A stretch of 64,000 nt of DNA from a bacterium. Lineage in GTDB: Bacteria; Hinthialibacterota; Hinthialibacteria; Hinthialibacterales; Hinthialibacteraceae. Positions within the stretch are counted from its first letter, which is position 1, and every line of letters begins with the position of its first letter. Shown in pieces: positions 20,472 to 29,754 of this stretch. The DNA lies in the NCBI GenBank assembly GCA_963662285.2, contig CAXXMV010000002.1:960001-1024000 (forward strand), given 5' to 3'. The notes beneath the pieces were generated by a model, which was not told the origin of the DNA, did no database searches, and worked only from the letters and a program-made list of their open reading frames with translations. Position numbers and translations under genes: made by a program.

Positions 20472-21992
20472 TTATTCCGTTTTGGTTTCCGTTTTGGATT
20501 CCTTATGCTTGGCGCCAAGTTCGTAGAGCCGAACGTATTGATTTATCACTACATTATGGGCGGTGTTATTCAGGTGAAAGCGTAAGGCGTCTTTTTTGAA
20601 AAATGCTTCTTGATTGACGATGGCGAGATGAGTCGCTCCTTCGCTTTCAAACTGTTGCACTGATTCCAGGGTAATATCCGGGTAATTCTTTGTTATGCCA
20701 TTCCTGCGAGTGTAATGAATTAATGATGGATCGAACTCATCGACAATAAGTCTGGCGTCTTCCGGCGTGTTATCATGAATAATTGCAGCGGCCTGCAACC
20801 AGTTATGTTTCAATCTATACCAGGGCTGAATCATGCTGTCCCAATAAAAAATGCTGGATAATAGAATAACCGTGCAGAGCAATCCCCGCATTGGTATTAT
20901 CGGTATGACTGACCTATCCGGCATACTTTCCCATAACAGAGCAGTCGCCCGTCCCGCTCCCCAACTCAATGGCGCCAGGATGATCAGGAAATACACCAGG
21001 TGCGGCGCTATGATGATGGGGTGAACGTCAATCAAGTAATACAGGATGATGATTCCCACCCAGACAATTGGTAATCTGGGCAGCGAGCCTCTTTTAAGAA
21101 AAATGCCCAGAGTTCCCAGAACCAGCCCAAGAGGTCCAAGGGTGTAAAACCAAAGCGATCGCCATACGCTGCGAAAAAAATCATGCTTCCACCACAGTAA
21201 ATAATATGAGGGGTCGGTCCAGTTGCGGAACGATTCTCTGCCCAATGAATTTAGGCTGTAACTTTGCGGCTGTTGGATAGCCCACCCATACCATAATAAT
21301 GACGGAATGATCATAATCGCTCCACAGAGCCATAGCATTCCATTACCCCAGGCCTGTTTTCCCGTTTCATGTTTATGCATCCACAGGGCTGGAACTACTA
21401 CAATAGCCAGCGGCGGCATCATCAACAGAGCCAGTGATCCGCAAATCGTCATGCCAATATAAGCGCCTAGGCCCCTGTTCTTCAGCCAGCGGGCGTATAG
21501 CGCCAATGCAATCAACAGCAGCCCGATGGCGATGGGATGACGATGAAAGCAGCGTCCATGATAGATAGCTTGAGGCGTAATCAGATACCATAATGCCGCA
21601 AAACGCGCGGTCAGCGCTCCATCGTAACGACGCACCAGGTCATATAAAGCCGCCGCGCCTGCCAGACAGAAGAAAATTGTCAACAAACGCGGAATCCACT
21701 CATGTTCTCCCAAAGGGATGTAAAGACACGCAACCACAAAGGGGTAAAGTGGGAACTCGTTAGGCCATAAACCCGCTTCGTTTATAGTGCCCCAGCCAGT
21801 GATCCGGGGATTAAACAGGTTAAATCCACCTTCATAAAAATTCCTGGCTATAGAGGCAGTGGCGCCCTGTCTGAAGGAGTCTCCATCCAATATCGGAGCG
21901 TTTAATTTATGAAGCCTCAGACTAAGACCTACTAATAGTATTAAACAAAGCGTGATATCAATATATTTATTTTTTAACATCAACATGACCAA
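20472..21992 (-). CDS. ArnT/PMT-like (GT39/GT83) glycosyltransferase
   Basis: RQGATASIARNF, EFPLYP, RLLTI; multi-TM with a periplasmic C-terminal domain. Confidence 0.75.
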   Translation of the reverse strand: MVMLMLKNKYIDITLCLILLVGLSLRLHKLNAPILDGDSFRQGATASIARNFYEGGFNLFNPRITGWGTINEAGLWPNEFPLYPFVVACLYIPLGEHEWIPRLLTIFFCLAGAAALYDLVRRYDGALTARFAALWYLITPQAIYHGRCFHRHPIAIGLLLIALALYARWLKNRGLGAYIGMTICGSLALLMMPPLAIVVVPALWMHKHETGKQAWGNGMLWLCGAIMIIPSLLWYGWAIQQPQSYSLNSLGRESFRNWTDPSYYLLWWKHDFFRSVWRSLWFYTLGPLGLVLGTLGIFLKRGSLPRLPIVWVGIIILYYLIDVHPIIIAPHLVYFLIILAPLSWGAGRATALLWESMPDRSVIPIIPMRGLLCTVILLSSIFYWDSMIQPWYRLKHNWLQAAAIIHDNTPEDARLIVDEFDPSLIHYTRRNGITKNYPDITLESVQQFESEGATHLAIVNQEAFFKKDALRFHLNNTAHNVVINQYVRLYELGAKHKESKTETKTE

Positions 21993-22300
21993 TGAGTTCT
22001 ATGATGTAGTTGTATATAGCGCCAAAAATTATATGCACATTGTATGTACTGGTTTTTGTTGTAATAAACTACTCAATATTTTATGCTGTATCAAGGTGAT
22101 GATCATAATATGAGGTTAAGAGTCCTGTATCATCCAATTAGTGATGGAAAAACCAAATAGGATGCACTCTATTAACAAAATAGCTTTTTTGCTATTATCT
22201 CTATTATTAAAAAGATAGTAATCGTATCCTTATTATGTGAAACAAGTTTAATACTATTCATTAAATATCTACTTATACTGCTTTTATTTGTGGTGGTACT

Positions 22301-22948
22301 GTGTTTTATTATCAAAAATTAAAACAATTATGGGGGCGTATAGTATTTCGCTATGCCGGGCGGAATATCGCTTTTTATTCTCCAAATCATTCACGGGCAT
22401 TCTATGACCTGGTCGGACGTTTTTATGATTGGTTATATGTCGACCATGTCTCGGGTTATAAGCAAGCTATTCAATATCTCGTCGATTATCATATCGATTC
22501 CGGTAATAGCGTGCTCGATGTAGGATGTGGAACCGGGCAAATACTTGATTATGTTAAATCTAAAGCAAGTTTAGTTGTCGGTATTGATATTTCGCTCCAA
22601 ATGCTCAAACAGACCCGTAAGAAATTAATAGACTTAAATAATGTACTTCTCATTTCCGCTGATAGTAGAAATTTGCCGTTAAAAGGCTCTTTTGATAAAA
22701 TCGTTTCCTGCTTTATGTTGGTTATTCTCTGTCGTGAAGACCGTTTGCGGGTTATTCAATCGATGGAACCTCTTTTGAATGAGAATGGGGCTTTGATCTT
22801 TCTTACAGCGCAGGATAGCCTCTCTCCACAATGGCTTACTATGGATGAATGGCGCTTATTTTGTAATAAGGCCGGTTTTCCCCTGGTCGAAAAGGTGGAT
22901 ATTCTGGATTATTATCGTATCATTATCGCTAGAAAGAACATTTCTTAA
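22301..22948 (+). CDS. Class I SAM-dependent methyltransferase
   Basis: VLDVGCGTG, GIDISLQML, LPLKGSFD. Confidence 0.85.
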   Translation: MFYYQKLKQLWGRIVFRYAGRNIAFYSPNHSRAFYDLVGRFYDWLYVDHVSGYKQAIQYLVDYHIDSGNSVLDVGCGTGQILDYVKSKASLVVGIDISLQMLKQTRKKLIDLNNVLLISADSRNLPLKGSFDKIVSCFMLVILCREDRLRVIQSMEPLLNENGALIFLTAQDSLSPQWLTMDEWRLFCNKAGFPLVEKVDILDYYRIIIARKNIS

Positions 22949-23130
22949 TACTTTATCCTGAAATTAGGCTTCATCCGTGTTGCCGATGGATGCTTCTATT
23001 CGTAGAATTATAATATGGATGGAATTATTTTCCTGTTTGCGTTAGGTGATACTTGGTGTAACCTATAAGGACTGTATATACCATCGTTGCTCCCTAATAG
23101 GGGAAATTCGGCGATTTTCAATGAGGTGTT

Positions 23131-24249
23131 GTGATGATTAGAGGGTTGAATGTTTTTATTGTTCTGATAGCAGTAGTCTTTGGATTGCTTGGATGTACTA
23201 CTTTGCAAAATTCTCGCCAGGATGTACCTGTCGTGAATGGCGTTATGCATACCGTCAAGGACGGGGAGACGGTAAATGCTATTGCAAAAACCTATGAAGT
23301 CTCTTCGCAGCTGCTGATACGCCGCAATAATCTTCGGGAAGGTGATGTTCTTAATCCAGGCGCCCGATTGTTTATTCCCGGTTCAGATGAAATTAAAGAA
23401 GTTCAAATCGTTAAAGAGGATTCCTCCATTCGTGAAGAGCGCGATGGATTATTCCACACAGTCGGAATGGGTGAAACCCTGATCGCTATTGCCGCCGCTT
23501 ACGATATCTCTATGGAAGAAGTGCAGCGGGTAAACAATATCCATGATCCATCTCGAATCTATATTGGTCAGGAATTATGGATTCCCCGCGCTAAAGAAGT
23601 TAAGGATGTTGAAATCACACCGGTTACTATCGTTAGCGCTGAACCTGTAAAACAACCCCGTAAAGATCCTCGCGTCAATAGAACATCAAATACTAAATCA
23701 AAATCAACTGCATCATCTGAACCAGATACTAAAACGGTTTCTCAGAAACCGGATAAAACTGTTGCTCCGACGCCTACCCCGGTTGAGTTTCCACGGGAAG
23801 TTAAACAGTTTGGCGACAAAAAATTTCAATGGCCGATCAAAGAATCATTCAAGGTCTTGCGTGGTTATAATAATGCTTCCAGTAATGCATCCACCCGCTT
23901 GAATCATGGCATTGATCTCGGCGTTGATATCGGGACTGATGTCTGTGCAGCAGCCGATGGAGAAATTTTAATGGTGGGCGGCATCTCGGATAGTCTGGGA
24001 GCGACTGGATTTGGCAATCACATAATCATTGATCATGGCGAACGCGATAAAAAAGAAATTTACACCTTATATGCCCATAACAGCCAGAATCTGGTTAAAA
24101 TCGGACAGAAGGTTAAGCGGGGGGACGTAATCGCAAAAGTTGGTAATACTGGTCATGTTTCTCAATCCGAAGGAGGAGTCCTTCATTTTGAAATAAGAGA
24201 GCAAACTGAATCTATAAATCCCTTAAATGTTCTTCCACCATTGAAATAA
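23131..24249 (+). CDS. Lipoprotein with two LysM domains and an M23 peptidase domain (NlpD-like)
   Basis: Lipobox LLGC; HTVKDGET and HTVGMGET LysM starts; HGIDL, YAH, LHFEIR. Confidence 0.9.
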   Translation: MMIRGLNVFIVLIAVVFGLLGCTTLQNSRQDVPVVNGVMHTVKDGETVNAIAKTYEVSSQLLIRRNNLREGDVLNPGARLFIPGSDEIKEVQIVKEDSSIREERDGLFHTVGMGETLIAIAAAYDISMEEVQRVNNIHDPSRIYIGQELWIPRAKEVKDVEITPVTIVSAEPVKQPRKDPRVNRTSNTKSKSTASSEPDTKTVSQKPDKTVAPTPTPVEFPREVKQFGDKKFQWPIKESFKVLRGYNNASSNASTRLNHGIDLGVDIGTDVCAAADGEILMVGGISDSLGATGFGNHIIIDHGERDKKEIYTLYAHNSQNLVKIGQKVKRGDVIAKVGNTGHVSQSEGGVLHFEIREQTESINPLNVLPPLK

Positions 24250-24388
24250 TTTTGTTTCCAGTTACTTTTTTTAATAGTTCTAAAATTTCATATGAGATGT
24301 ATAATTAATCTATGATATTGGAAATCTCATCGGAATAACCAAGGCCGTTTTATCTTAATGCTTGTATTTCAATGATCGGAGTGAATTC

Positions 24389-24766
24389 ATGGGACGGGAA
24401 CGCAGAACGTTCGAGAGAGAACTGGTTAATATTCCCTTTATTTTTAGTTTGGAAGAGGGCGATTCTTTTTCAGAGGGTAAATGGTATGAAGCCAAAACCG
24501 TTGATATTGGACCCGTTTTGGTAGGTGGACTCGCCTTCGAATCAGCCTTGGATATAAAACCCAACGATCAAATCCGCATCGCTCTCTTTATGGATTTAGA
24601 ACTTAGGGAATCATGGCAGCCGGAAAACGAAACTTTCCCCATTTACAAGGGCACTGTCTGTCGTATTACTGATGCCGAGGGAGAAGGGAAGCGCATCGCT
24701 GTAGTCTTCAAAGGATTCGGTAAAAAGATGGAAGAATTCCTCGAATCTGATGATTGGGAAGAATAA
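24389..24766 (+). CDS. PilZ-like (putative c-di-GMP binding) protein
   Basis: ERRTFER (RxxxR), variant DIGPVLVGG motif, GTVCR, IAVVF; GGAG RBS before ATG 24389. Confidence 0.65.
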   Translation: MGRERRTFERELVNIPFIFSLEEGDSFSEGKWYEAKTVDIGPVLVGGLAFESALDIKPNDQIRIALFMDLELRESWQPENETFPIYKGTVCRITDAEGEGKRIAVVFKGFGKKMEEFLESDDWEE

Positions 24767-24778
24767 ATCAGATACCCG

Positions 24779-24828
24779 GTAGGTTGGGCTAAAAGCGAAG
24801 CGTAGCCCTCCAAAGCCACCCTGAATCC
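24779..24828 (+). repeat. GTAG-type REP-like element, family C
   Basis: GTAGGTTGGGCTAAAAGCGAAGCGTAGCCC...; near-identical copy at 29625; degenerate copy at about 24840-24869. Confidence 0.75.
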
Positions 24829-24892
24829 TTCCAGAATTAGTATGGGACAAAACGAAAGCGTTTCCCATCTTTTGAAACCAACTACTCAAGCA

Positions 24893-24928
24893 AAAAAAGT
24901 CCTCCCAACATTGAGGGAGGACTTTTTT
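24893..24928. terminator. Bidirectional terminator
   Basis: AAAAAAGTCCTCCC-8nt-GGGAGGACTTTTTT between convergent genes. Confidence 0.85.
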
Positions 24929-24948
24929 ATATCAATCTCACAAATCAT

Positions 24949-26169
24949 TTATGATGTAAAAGAAACTTTAGTTGCGTTTTTGTTAAGATAAGCGCGGCGC
25001 TTGTTATGCCATGCCACGTTGGCCAGATGCGGTCCGCAAACCGCTGAATGACCCACTTCAACCGGCGCGTTGGGTTCCTGGCGGGATTTAACGCATTCCA
25101 GGAAATTCTGGACATGCGGTTGAGTCCCGATGCCACCCTTAAAATCAACCAGTGGTTTGTCTTTATTTTCAGCCCACGGTTCTTTGAAAACGCGGAATCC
25201 TGCATCATCAAGGATCAAGGTCGCTTTATCACCATGGAAGAAGATTGTCCAACCATTTTGGAAACTATTGGAATAGACTAGCGTCCAGGTGGCCAGGAAA
25301 TCTCCATAATCATAAGATGCGTTGAATGTATCCGGGGTTTCTGCGCCAATCGATTCATAAACCTTTCCGAAACATTCAGCTGATTGCGGAGTACCCGAAT
25401 TCATGAACCATTGGATAACATCCATTAGATGCGTTCCCTGGTCGGTTACGTTTCCGCCGGAGAAATTCCAGAAATATCTCCAGTAGCGGTATTTCATCGG
25501 TTCGAAATCAATCACCGGTTTGGGGTAACAGAATTTCTCCCAATCAAGTTTTTCGTTGATTGGCGAGTTGTCCAGAGGATGATTATGCTGCTGCCAGAAC
25601 CACTGGGCGCGGCACATGTGAACTTTACCCAATATTCCATCCTCAATAACTTTTTTGGCTTGATGTACTGATGGGGCGCTGCGACGCTGCATGCCGATTT
25701 GTACGATACGGTCGGTTTTACGCACTTCCTTAACCGTCTTGGCGCCTTCTTCAATGCTGTTGGACATTGGTTTTTCGCAATAAGCGTCTTTTCCGGCATT
25801 AACCGCATCAATCATTTGGACGCAATGATTATGTTCGGCAGTGGCGATCAAGACGGCGTCCAGGTCTTTTTGTTCCAGCAATTTGCGGTAATCGATATAC
25901 GATTTGGCGTTAGCTTCTGCCATTTCAAGCCCGCGCAGGCGGTTCGGTTCAAACACGTCGCACACCGCAGCGAATTTCACGCCTTCGCTCATGTGCATTT
26001 TCATTACGCCTCGCCCCCGGCCTCCGGGACCTATTATTCCCATAACAATCCTATCATTTGCTCCAATCACCTTGTGAGGAATGATGGAATGAATGGCAGC
26101 TATTCCTGCTCCGGCGCTAACTGAGTTTTTTAGAAATGATCGTCTATCGCATGATTTTGTTTTGTTCAT
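24949..26169 (-). CDS. Gfo/Idh/MocA oxidoreductase with Tat signal
   Basis: DRRSFLK; IIGPGGRG; YCEKP; QIGMQRRS; DQGTHLMD. Confidence 0.92.
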   Translation of the reverse strand: MNKTKSCDRRSFLKNSVSAGAGIAAIHSIIPHKVIGANDRIVMGIIGPGGRGRGVMKMHMSEGVKFAAVCDVFEPNRLRGLEMAEANAKSYIDYRKLLEQKDLDAVLIATAEHNHCVQMIDAVNAGKDAYCEKPMSNSIEEGAKTVKEVRKTDRIVQIGMQRRSAPSVHQAKKVIEDGILGKVHMCRAQWFWQQHNHPLDNSPINEKLDWEKFCYPKPVIDFEPMKYRYWRYFWNFSGGNVTDQGTHLMDVIQWFMNSGTPQSAECFGKVYESIGAETPDTFNASYDYGDFLATWTLVYSNSFQNGWTIFFHGDKATLILDDAGFRVFKEPWAENKDKPLVDFKGGIGTQPHVQNFLECVKSRQEPNAPVEVGHSAVCGPHLANVAWHNKRRAYLNKNATKVSFTS

Positions 26170-26289
26170 GGCTATTTTTCTCCAATTTATCCAATGACAA
26201 GATTAAATCCAGTCATTTGCTTTATATGAAATTACTACTATTACTCTAATTAACAAAAATCCAGCGCAATCAAAATCCCCTCTCCCTCA

Positions 26290-26436
26290 GGTCTCATCTT
26301 TGCCCACAAGTTTTGTTGGATATTCATCAACAAGGGTGGTCGCTATCAAGGGTAGAAAATACACTACCCTTGCCACCCGTATTGTCTAATCCTCAACCCA
26401 CAAATATTATTAATATTTGTGGGTAAAGATCAGCCC
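26290..26436. mobile_element. ~147-bp MITE-like element inserted in a CCCCTCTCCC/GGGAGAGGGG palindrome
   Basis: Termini GGTCTCATCTTTGCCCACAA and TTGTGGGTAAAGATCAGCCC (17/20 inverted match); the flanks rejoin into a palindrome; it carries a family A hairpin. Confidence 0.65.
26334..26378 (+). repeat. Hairpin repeat, family A
   Basis: GGGTGG-tcgctat-CAAGGGTAG-aaaataca-CTACCCTTG-CCACCC. Confidence 0.8.
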
Positions 26437-26510
26437 TCTGGCAGAGGGGATGCAACCAATAACCTTTGAATCAATATTACACTTAAATCCATCAAATCAC
26501 TAAATAAAAT

Positions 26511-26555
26511 AAAATCCTGAGTATCCTTTTATCCTGATCATCCAGATTCATACAA
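26511..26555 (+). repeat. ATCC-periodic repeat, family E
   Basis: AAAATCCTGAGTATCCTTTTATCCTGATCATCCAGATTCATACAA. Confidence 0.55.
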
Positions 26556-26661
26556 ATAAAACACCTATGTATCAAACTCTCCTAAACTATATCAAGACTA
26601 AAAAAGAACACACGAAATTACAAGGATTATTAACCTTAAATTACTGAAATAACTAAAAACA

Positions 26662-26690
26662 TTGACAAATGCAAGGCAAATGACCATACT
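26662..26690 (+). promoter_or_regulatory. Sigma70-type promoter for carA-carB-proC
   Basis: TTGACA-17nt-CATACT. Confidence 0.55.
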
Positions 26691-26941
26691 CCGGCGACTG
26701 TAAAATGAATAATTTATACAGGGGGCTTGGTTTAGAACTTTTTCTGCTAAAATCTCTGTAGAATATCATCATACGCGGTTCTAGAAACAATATTCGTATT
26801 AATCACATTTGGTTTTCATAATAAAAAACATTTTGAGACGCTTTGCGCGATTCTCAAAAAATCGTAAGCTTAAGCAGTATCTCAAAGTCGCTAATTGAAA
26901 GGATTTATGCAAATCACACTGGAAAATCCGGTTTGTAATCC

Positions 26942-28099
26942 ATGAATATTTCATCTATAAAAAGAATTAAACGTTCATCCGCTACTCTTCTCTTAGAAGA
27001 CGGCGCAAGATATCCAGGCCGGGCGTTTGGCGCCATAGGACGGACTGGCGGCGAAGTTGTTTTTAATACTTCAATGACCGGTTATCAGGAAATAATGACA
27101 GACCCGTCCTATCATGGTCAGATTGTCACCATGACCTATCCCTTAATCGGCAATTATGGCGTGAATCAAGAAGACAATGAATCAAACAAGATTCAGGTTT
27201 CCGGTTTTATTGTTAAAGAACCTTCCTTGATTTATAGTAATTGGCGTAGCGATTGTTCCCTCGAAGATTGGATGCAACAACAGAATATAATCGGCCTATG
27301 CGGGATCGATACTCGCGCCCTGGTTCGTAAGTTAAGAAATTCAGGGGTAATGCGGGGCGTAATCATAGCGGGTGATGCTGATCAATCTGACCTTCAGACC
27401 GAAATTGATCAAGTTCCCAATATGGCTGGCGCCGACATGGCCCAATACGTAACCACCAAAGAAGCATATATTTGGAATGATAAATTGCATCCCTATCATT
27501 TGTCGCAGGGAGTTCCTACGCCTCATAGGGCGCCAGTGCGGGTGGCAGTTATCGATTATGGCATAAAACACAACATACTTCGTCACTTGGCTGAACGGGT
27601 TAAAGAAGTAAAGGTTTTTCCTGCTTTTACCAAATCTGAAGAAATTCTTGCTTTTAATCCTGACGGAATATTCCTCTCCAACGGTCCCGGCGATCCTGAA
27701 CCGGTTACTTACGGCATCGAGACGGTACGCAATCTATTAGGTAAAGCCCCTATGTTTGGAATTTGTCTGGGGCATCAGATTTTAGGGCTGGCTTTGGGCG
27801 GGAAAACTTACAAATTGAAATTCGGGCATCGCGGCGCCAACCAGCCGGTTAAAGATATTGATACTGGAAAAATCGATATTACATCACAGAATCATGGTTT
27901 TTGCGTTGATCTTGAAGGCGTCAATCCAGCCAAAGTGCGCGTTACCCATATAAACCTCAACGACAATACCGTGGAAGGTCTGGAATCTAAGGCGAATAGG
28001 TGCTTTTCGGTGCAATATCACCCTGAAGCATCTCCTGGTCCTCATGATGCAGGCCATCATTTCGATGCATTTATACAAATGATGAAAAATGGAGGCTGA
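26942..28099 (+). CDS. carA: Carbamoyl-phosphate synthase small subunit
   Basis: GEVVFNTSMTGYQE, SNGPGDP, GICLGHQ, QYHPEASPGPHD. Confidence 0.98.
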   Translation: MNISSIKRIKRSSATLLLEDGARYPGRAFGAIGRTGGEVVFNTSMTGYQEIMTDPSYHGQIVTMTYPLIGNYGVNQEDNESNKIQVSGFIVKEPSLIYSNWRSDCSLEDWMQQQNIIGLCGIDTRALVRKLRNSGVMRGVIIAGDADQSDLQTEIDQVPNMAGADMAQYVTTKEAYIWNDKLHPYHLSQGVPTPHRAPVRVAVIDYGIKHNILRHLAERVKEVKVFPAFTKSEEILAFNPDGIFLSNGPGDPEPVTYGIETVRNLLGKAPMFGICLGHQILGLALGGKTYKLKFGHRGANQPVKDIDTGKIDITSQNHGFCVDLEGVNPAKVRVTHINLNDNTVEGLESKANRCFSVQYHPEASPGPHDAGHHFDAFIQMMKNGG

Positions 28100-28111
28100 G
28101 TAAGTCGCCTA

Positions 28112-29650
28112 ATGCCAAAGCGTACTGATATTAAAAAAATTATGATAATCGGGTCTGGTCCGATAGTTATCGGTCAGGCCTGTGAGTTCGATTATTCCGG
28201 CGCCCAGGGATGCAAGTCCTTGCGTGAGGAAGGTTATGAAGTTGTCCTGGTCAATAGCAATCCCGCCACTATTATGACCGATCCAGATATGGGCGACCGA
28301 ACCTATATTGAACCTATTATTCCCGAAGCGCTGGAAAAAATAATAGAAATCGAAAGACCTGATTGCCTTTTACCAACCCTGGGGGGTCAAACTGCTCTCA
28401 ATGCATCAGTCAATCTGGCTGAAAGCGGCGTTTTGGATAAATACGGCGTTGAATTGATTGGCGCCAAGTTAGGGCCTATTAAAAAAGCTGAAGACCGCGA
28501 ATTATTCAAGCAGGCCATGGACAAGATTGGTCTTGATATGCCTCGCAGTAAGGTTGTTGGGAATATGCAGCAAGCCATGGATGCCACTGAATATGTTGGC
28601 TTTCCGGCAATAATCCGGCCTTCTTTCACCCTGGGTGGAACCGGCGCAGGCACTGCCTATAACATTGAGGAATATAAAGATGTAGTCCAATGGGGTCTCG
28701 AAATGAGCCCTGTCAACACCATCCTGGTCGAAGAATCAATTATCGGATGGAAGGAATTTGAATTGGAGGTCATGCGTGACCTCGCTGACAATGTCGTAAT
28801 TATCTGTTCCATCGAAAATTTCGATCCCATGGGCGTTCATACCGGCGACAGCATTACCGTCGCTCCCGCCCAGACATTATCTGATAAAGAATACCAGGCT
28901 ATGCGTGATGCTTCGGTCGCTATTATCCGTGAAATCGGCGTCGAAACCGGCGGATCGAATATTCAATTCGCCCTCAATCCTGAAGATGGACGTATGGTTA
29001 TTATTGAGATGAATCCCCGCGTCTCCCGTAGTTCAGCTCTGGCCTCCAAAGCGACTGGATTCCCTATCGCCAAGATAGCGGCCAAATTAGCTGTGGGATA
29101 CACGCTCGATGAAATCCCTAACGATATTACCAAAGAAACTCCTGCTTCCTTTGAACCGACTATCGATTATTGCGTAACCAAACTGCCCCGTTGGGCTTTT
29201 GAGAAATTTGCTGGCTCCGATCCAACCCTGGGCACTCAGATGAAATCGGTCGGTGAAGCAATGTCTATAGGACGAACCTTTAAGGAATCGCTACAAAAAG
29301 GCTTGCGTTCCCTAGAGATAGACCATTACGGTCTTGGCGCCGATGGTAAGGACGTATACAATTTCCGCGATCCATCTCATCCCAAGTACCGCGACCCGTC
29401 TGATCCTGATTTGCATGTTGAATTAGCTAATAAACTCAGAATTCCCAAGCCAGACCGGATTTTTTATATTCGATATGCTCTACAGGTGGGAATGACTATC
29501 GACCAGGTATATCAATATTCATTAGTAGATCGCTGGTTCCTCACTAATATGGCTGAAATCGTCGCCATGGAAGAAGAACTGATAGACGCTCGCTCTGCGG
29601 TTGCACCGTTTTTGCACAACCCAGGTAGGTGGGATAAAAGCGAAGCGTAG
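28112..29650 (+). CDS. carB: Carbamoyl-phosphate synthase large subunit, N-terminal section
   Basis: [24 protein letters not shown], first ATP-grasp domain, [17 protein letters not shown]; ends inside the oligomerisation domain. Confidence 0.95.
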   Translation: MPKRTDIKKIMIIGSGPIVIGQACEFDYSGAQGCKSLREEGYEVVLVNSNPATIMTDPDMGDRTYIEPIIPEALEKIIEIERPDCLLPTLGGQTALNASVNLAESGVLDKYGVELIGAKLGPIKKAEDRELFKQAMDKIGLDMPRSKVVGNMQQAMDATEYVGFPAIIRPSFTLGGTGAGTAYNIEEYKDVVQWGLEMSPVNTILVEESIIGWKEFELEVMRDLADNVVIICSIENFDPMGVHTGDSITVAPAQTLSDKEYQAMRDASVAIIREIGVETGGSNIQFALNPEDGRMVIIEMNPRVSRSSALASKATGFPIAKIAAKLAVGYTLDEIPNDITKETPASFEPTIDYCVTKLPRWAFEKFAGSDPTLGTQMKSVGEAMSIGRTFKESLQKGLRSLEIDHYGLGADGKDVYNFRDPSHPKYRDPSDPDLHVELANKLRIPKPDRIFYIRYALQVGMTIDQVYQYSLVDRWFLTNMAEIVAMEEELIDARSAVAPFLHNPGRWDKSEA

Positions 29651-29661
29651 CCACCTGAGTC
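29625..29661 (+). repeat. GTAG-type REP-like element, family C, supplying the last codons and TAG of carB-N
   Basis: GTAGGTGGGATAAAAGCGAAGCGTAGCCACCTGAGTC; matches 24779-24828. Confidence 0.75.
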
Positions 29662-29754
29662 AGCTGATTAATTGCATAATCCTACGGGAATCAGAAATAG
29701 AGAAAATATTTTTTATATCAAAATCTTAAGAATCAATAAAAAAAAGTTGCTCGA

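Noticed and set aside
26702-26720. ArgR box upstream of carA (TGAATAATTTATACA)
   Set aside because: It has a five- rather than four-base centre and is a single copy in AT-rich DNA; insufficient support.
26832-26886. PyrR attenuator or riboswitch in the carA leader
   Set aside because: Some pairing potential (TTTGAGA...TCTCAAA), but no PyrR loop consensus or terminator U-tract was recognised.
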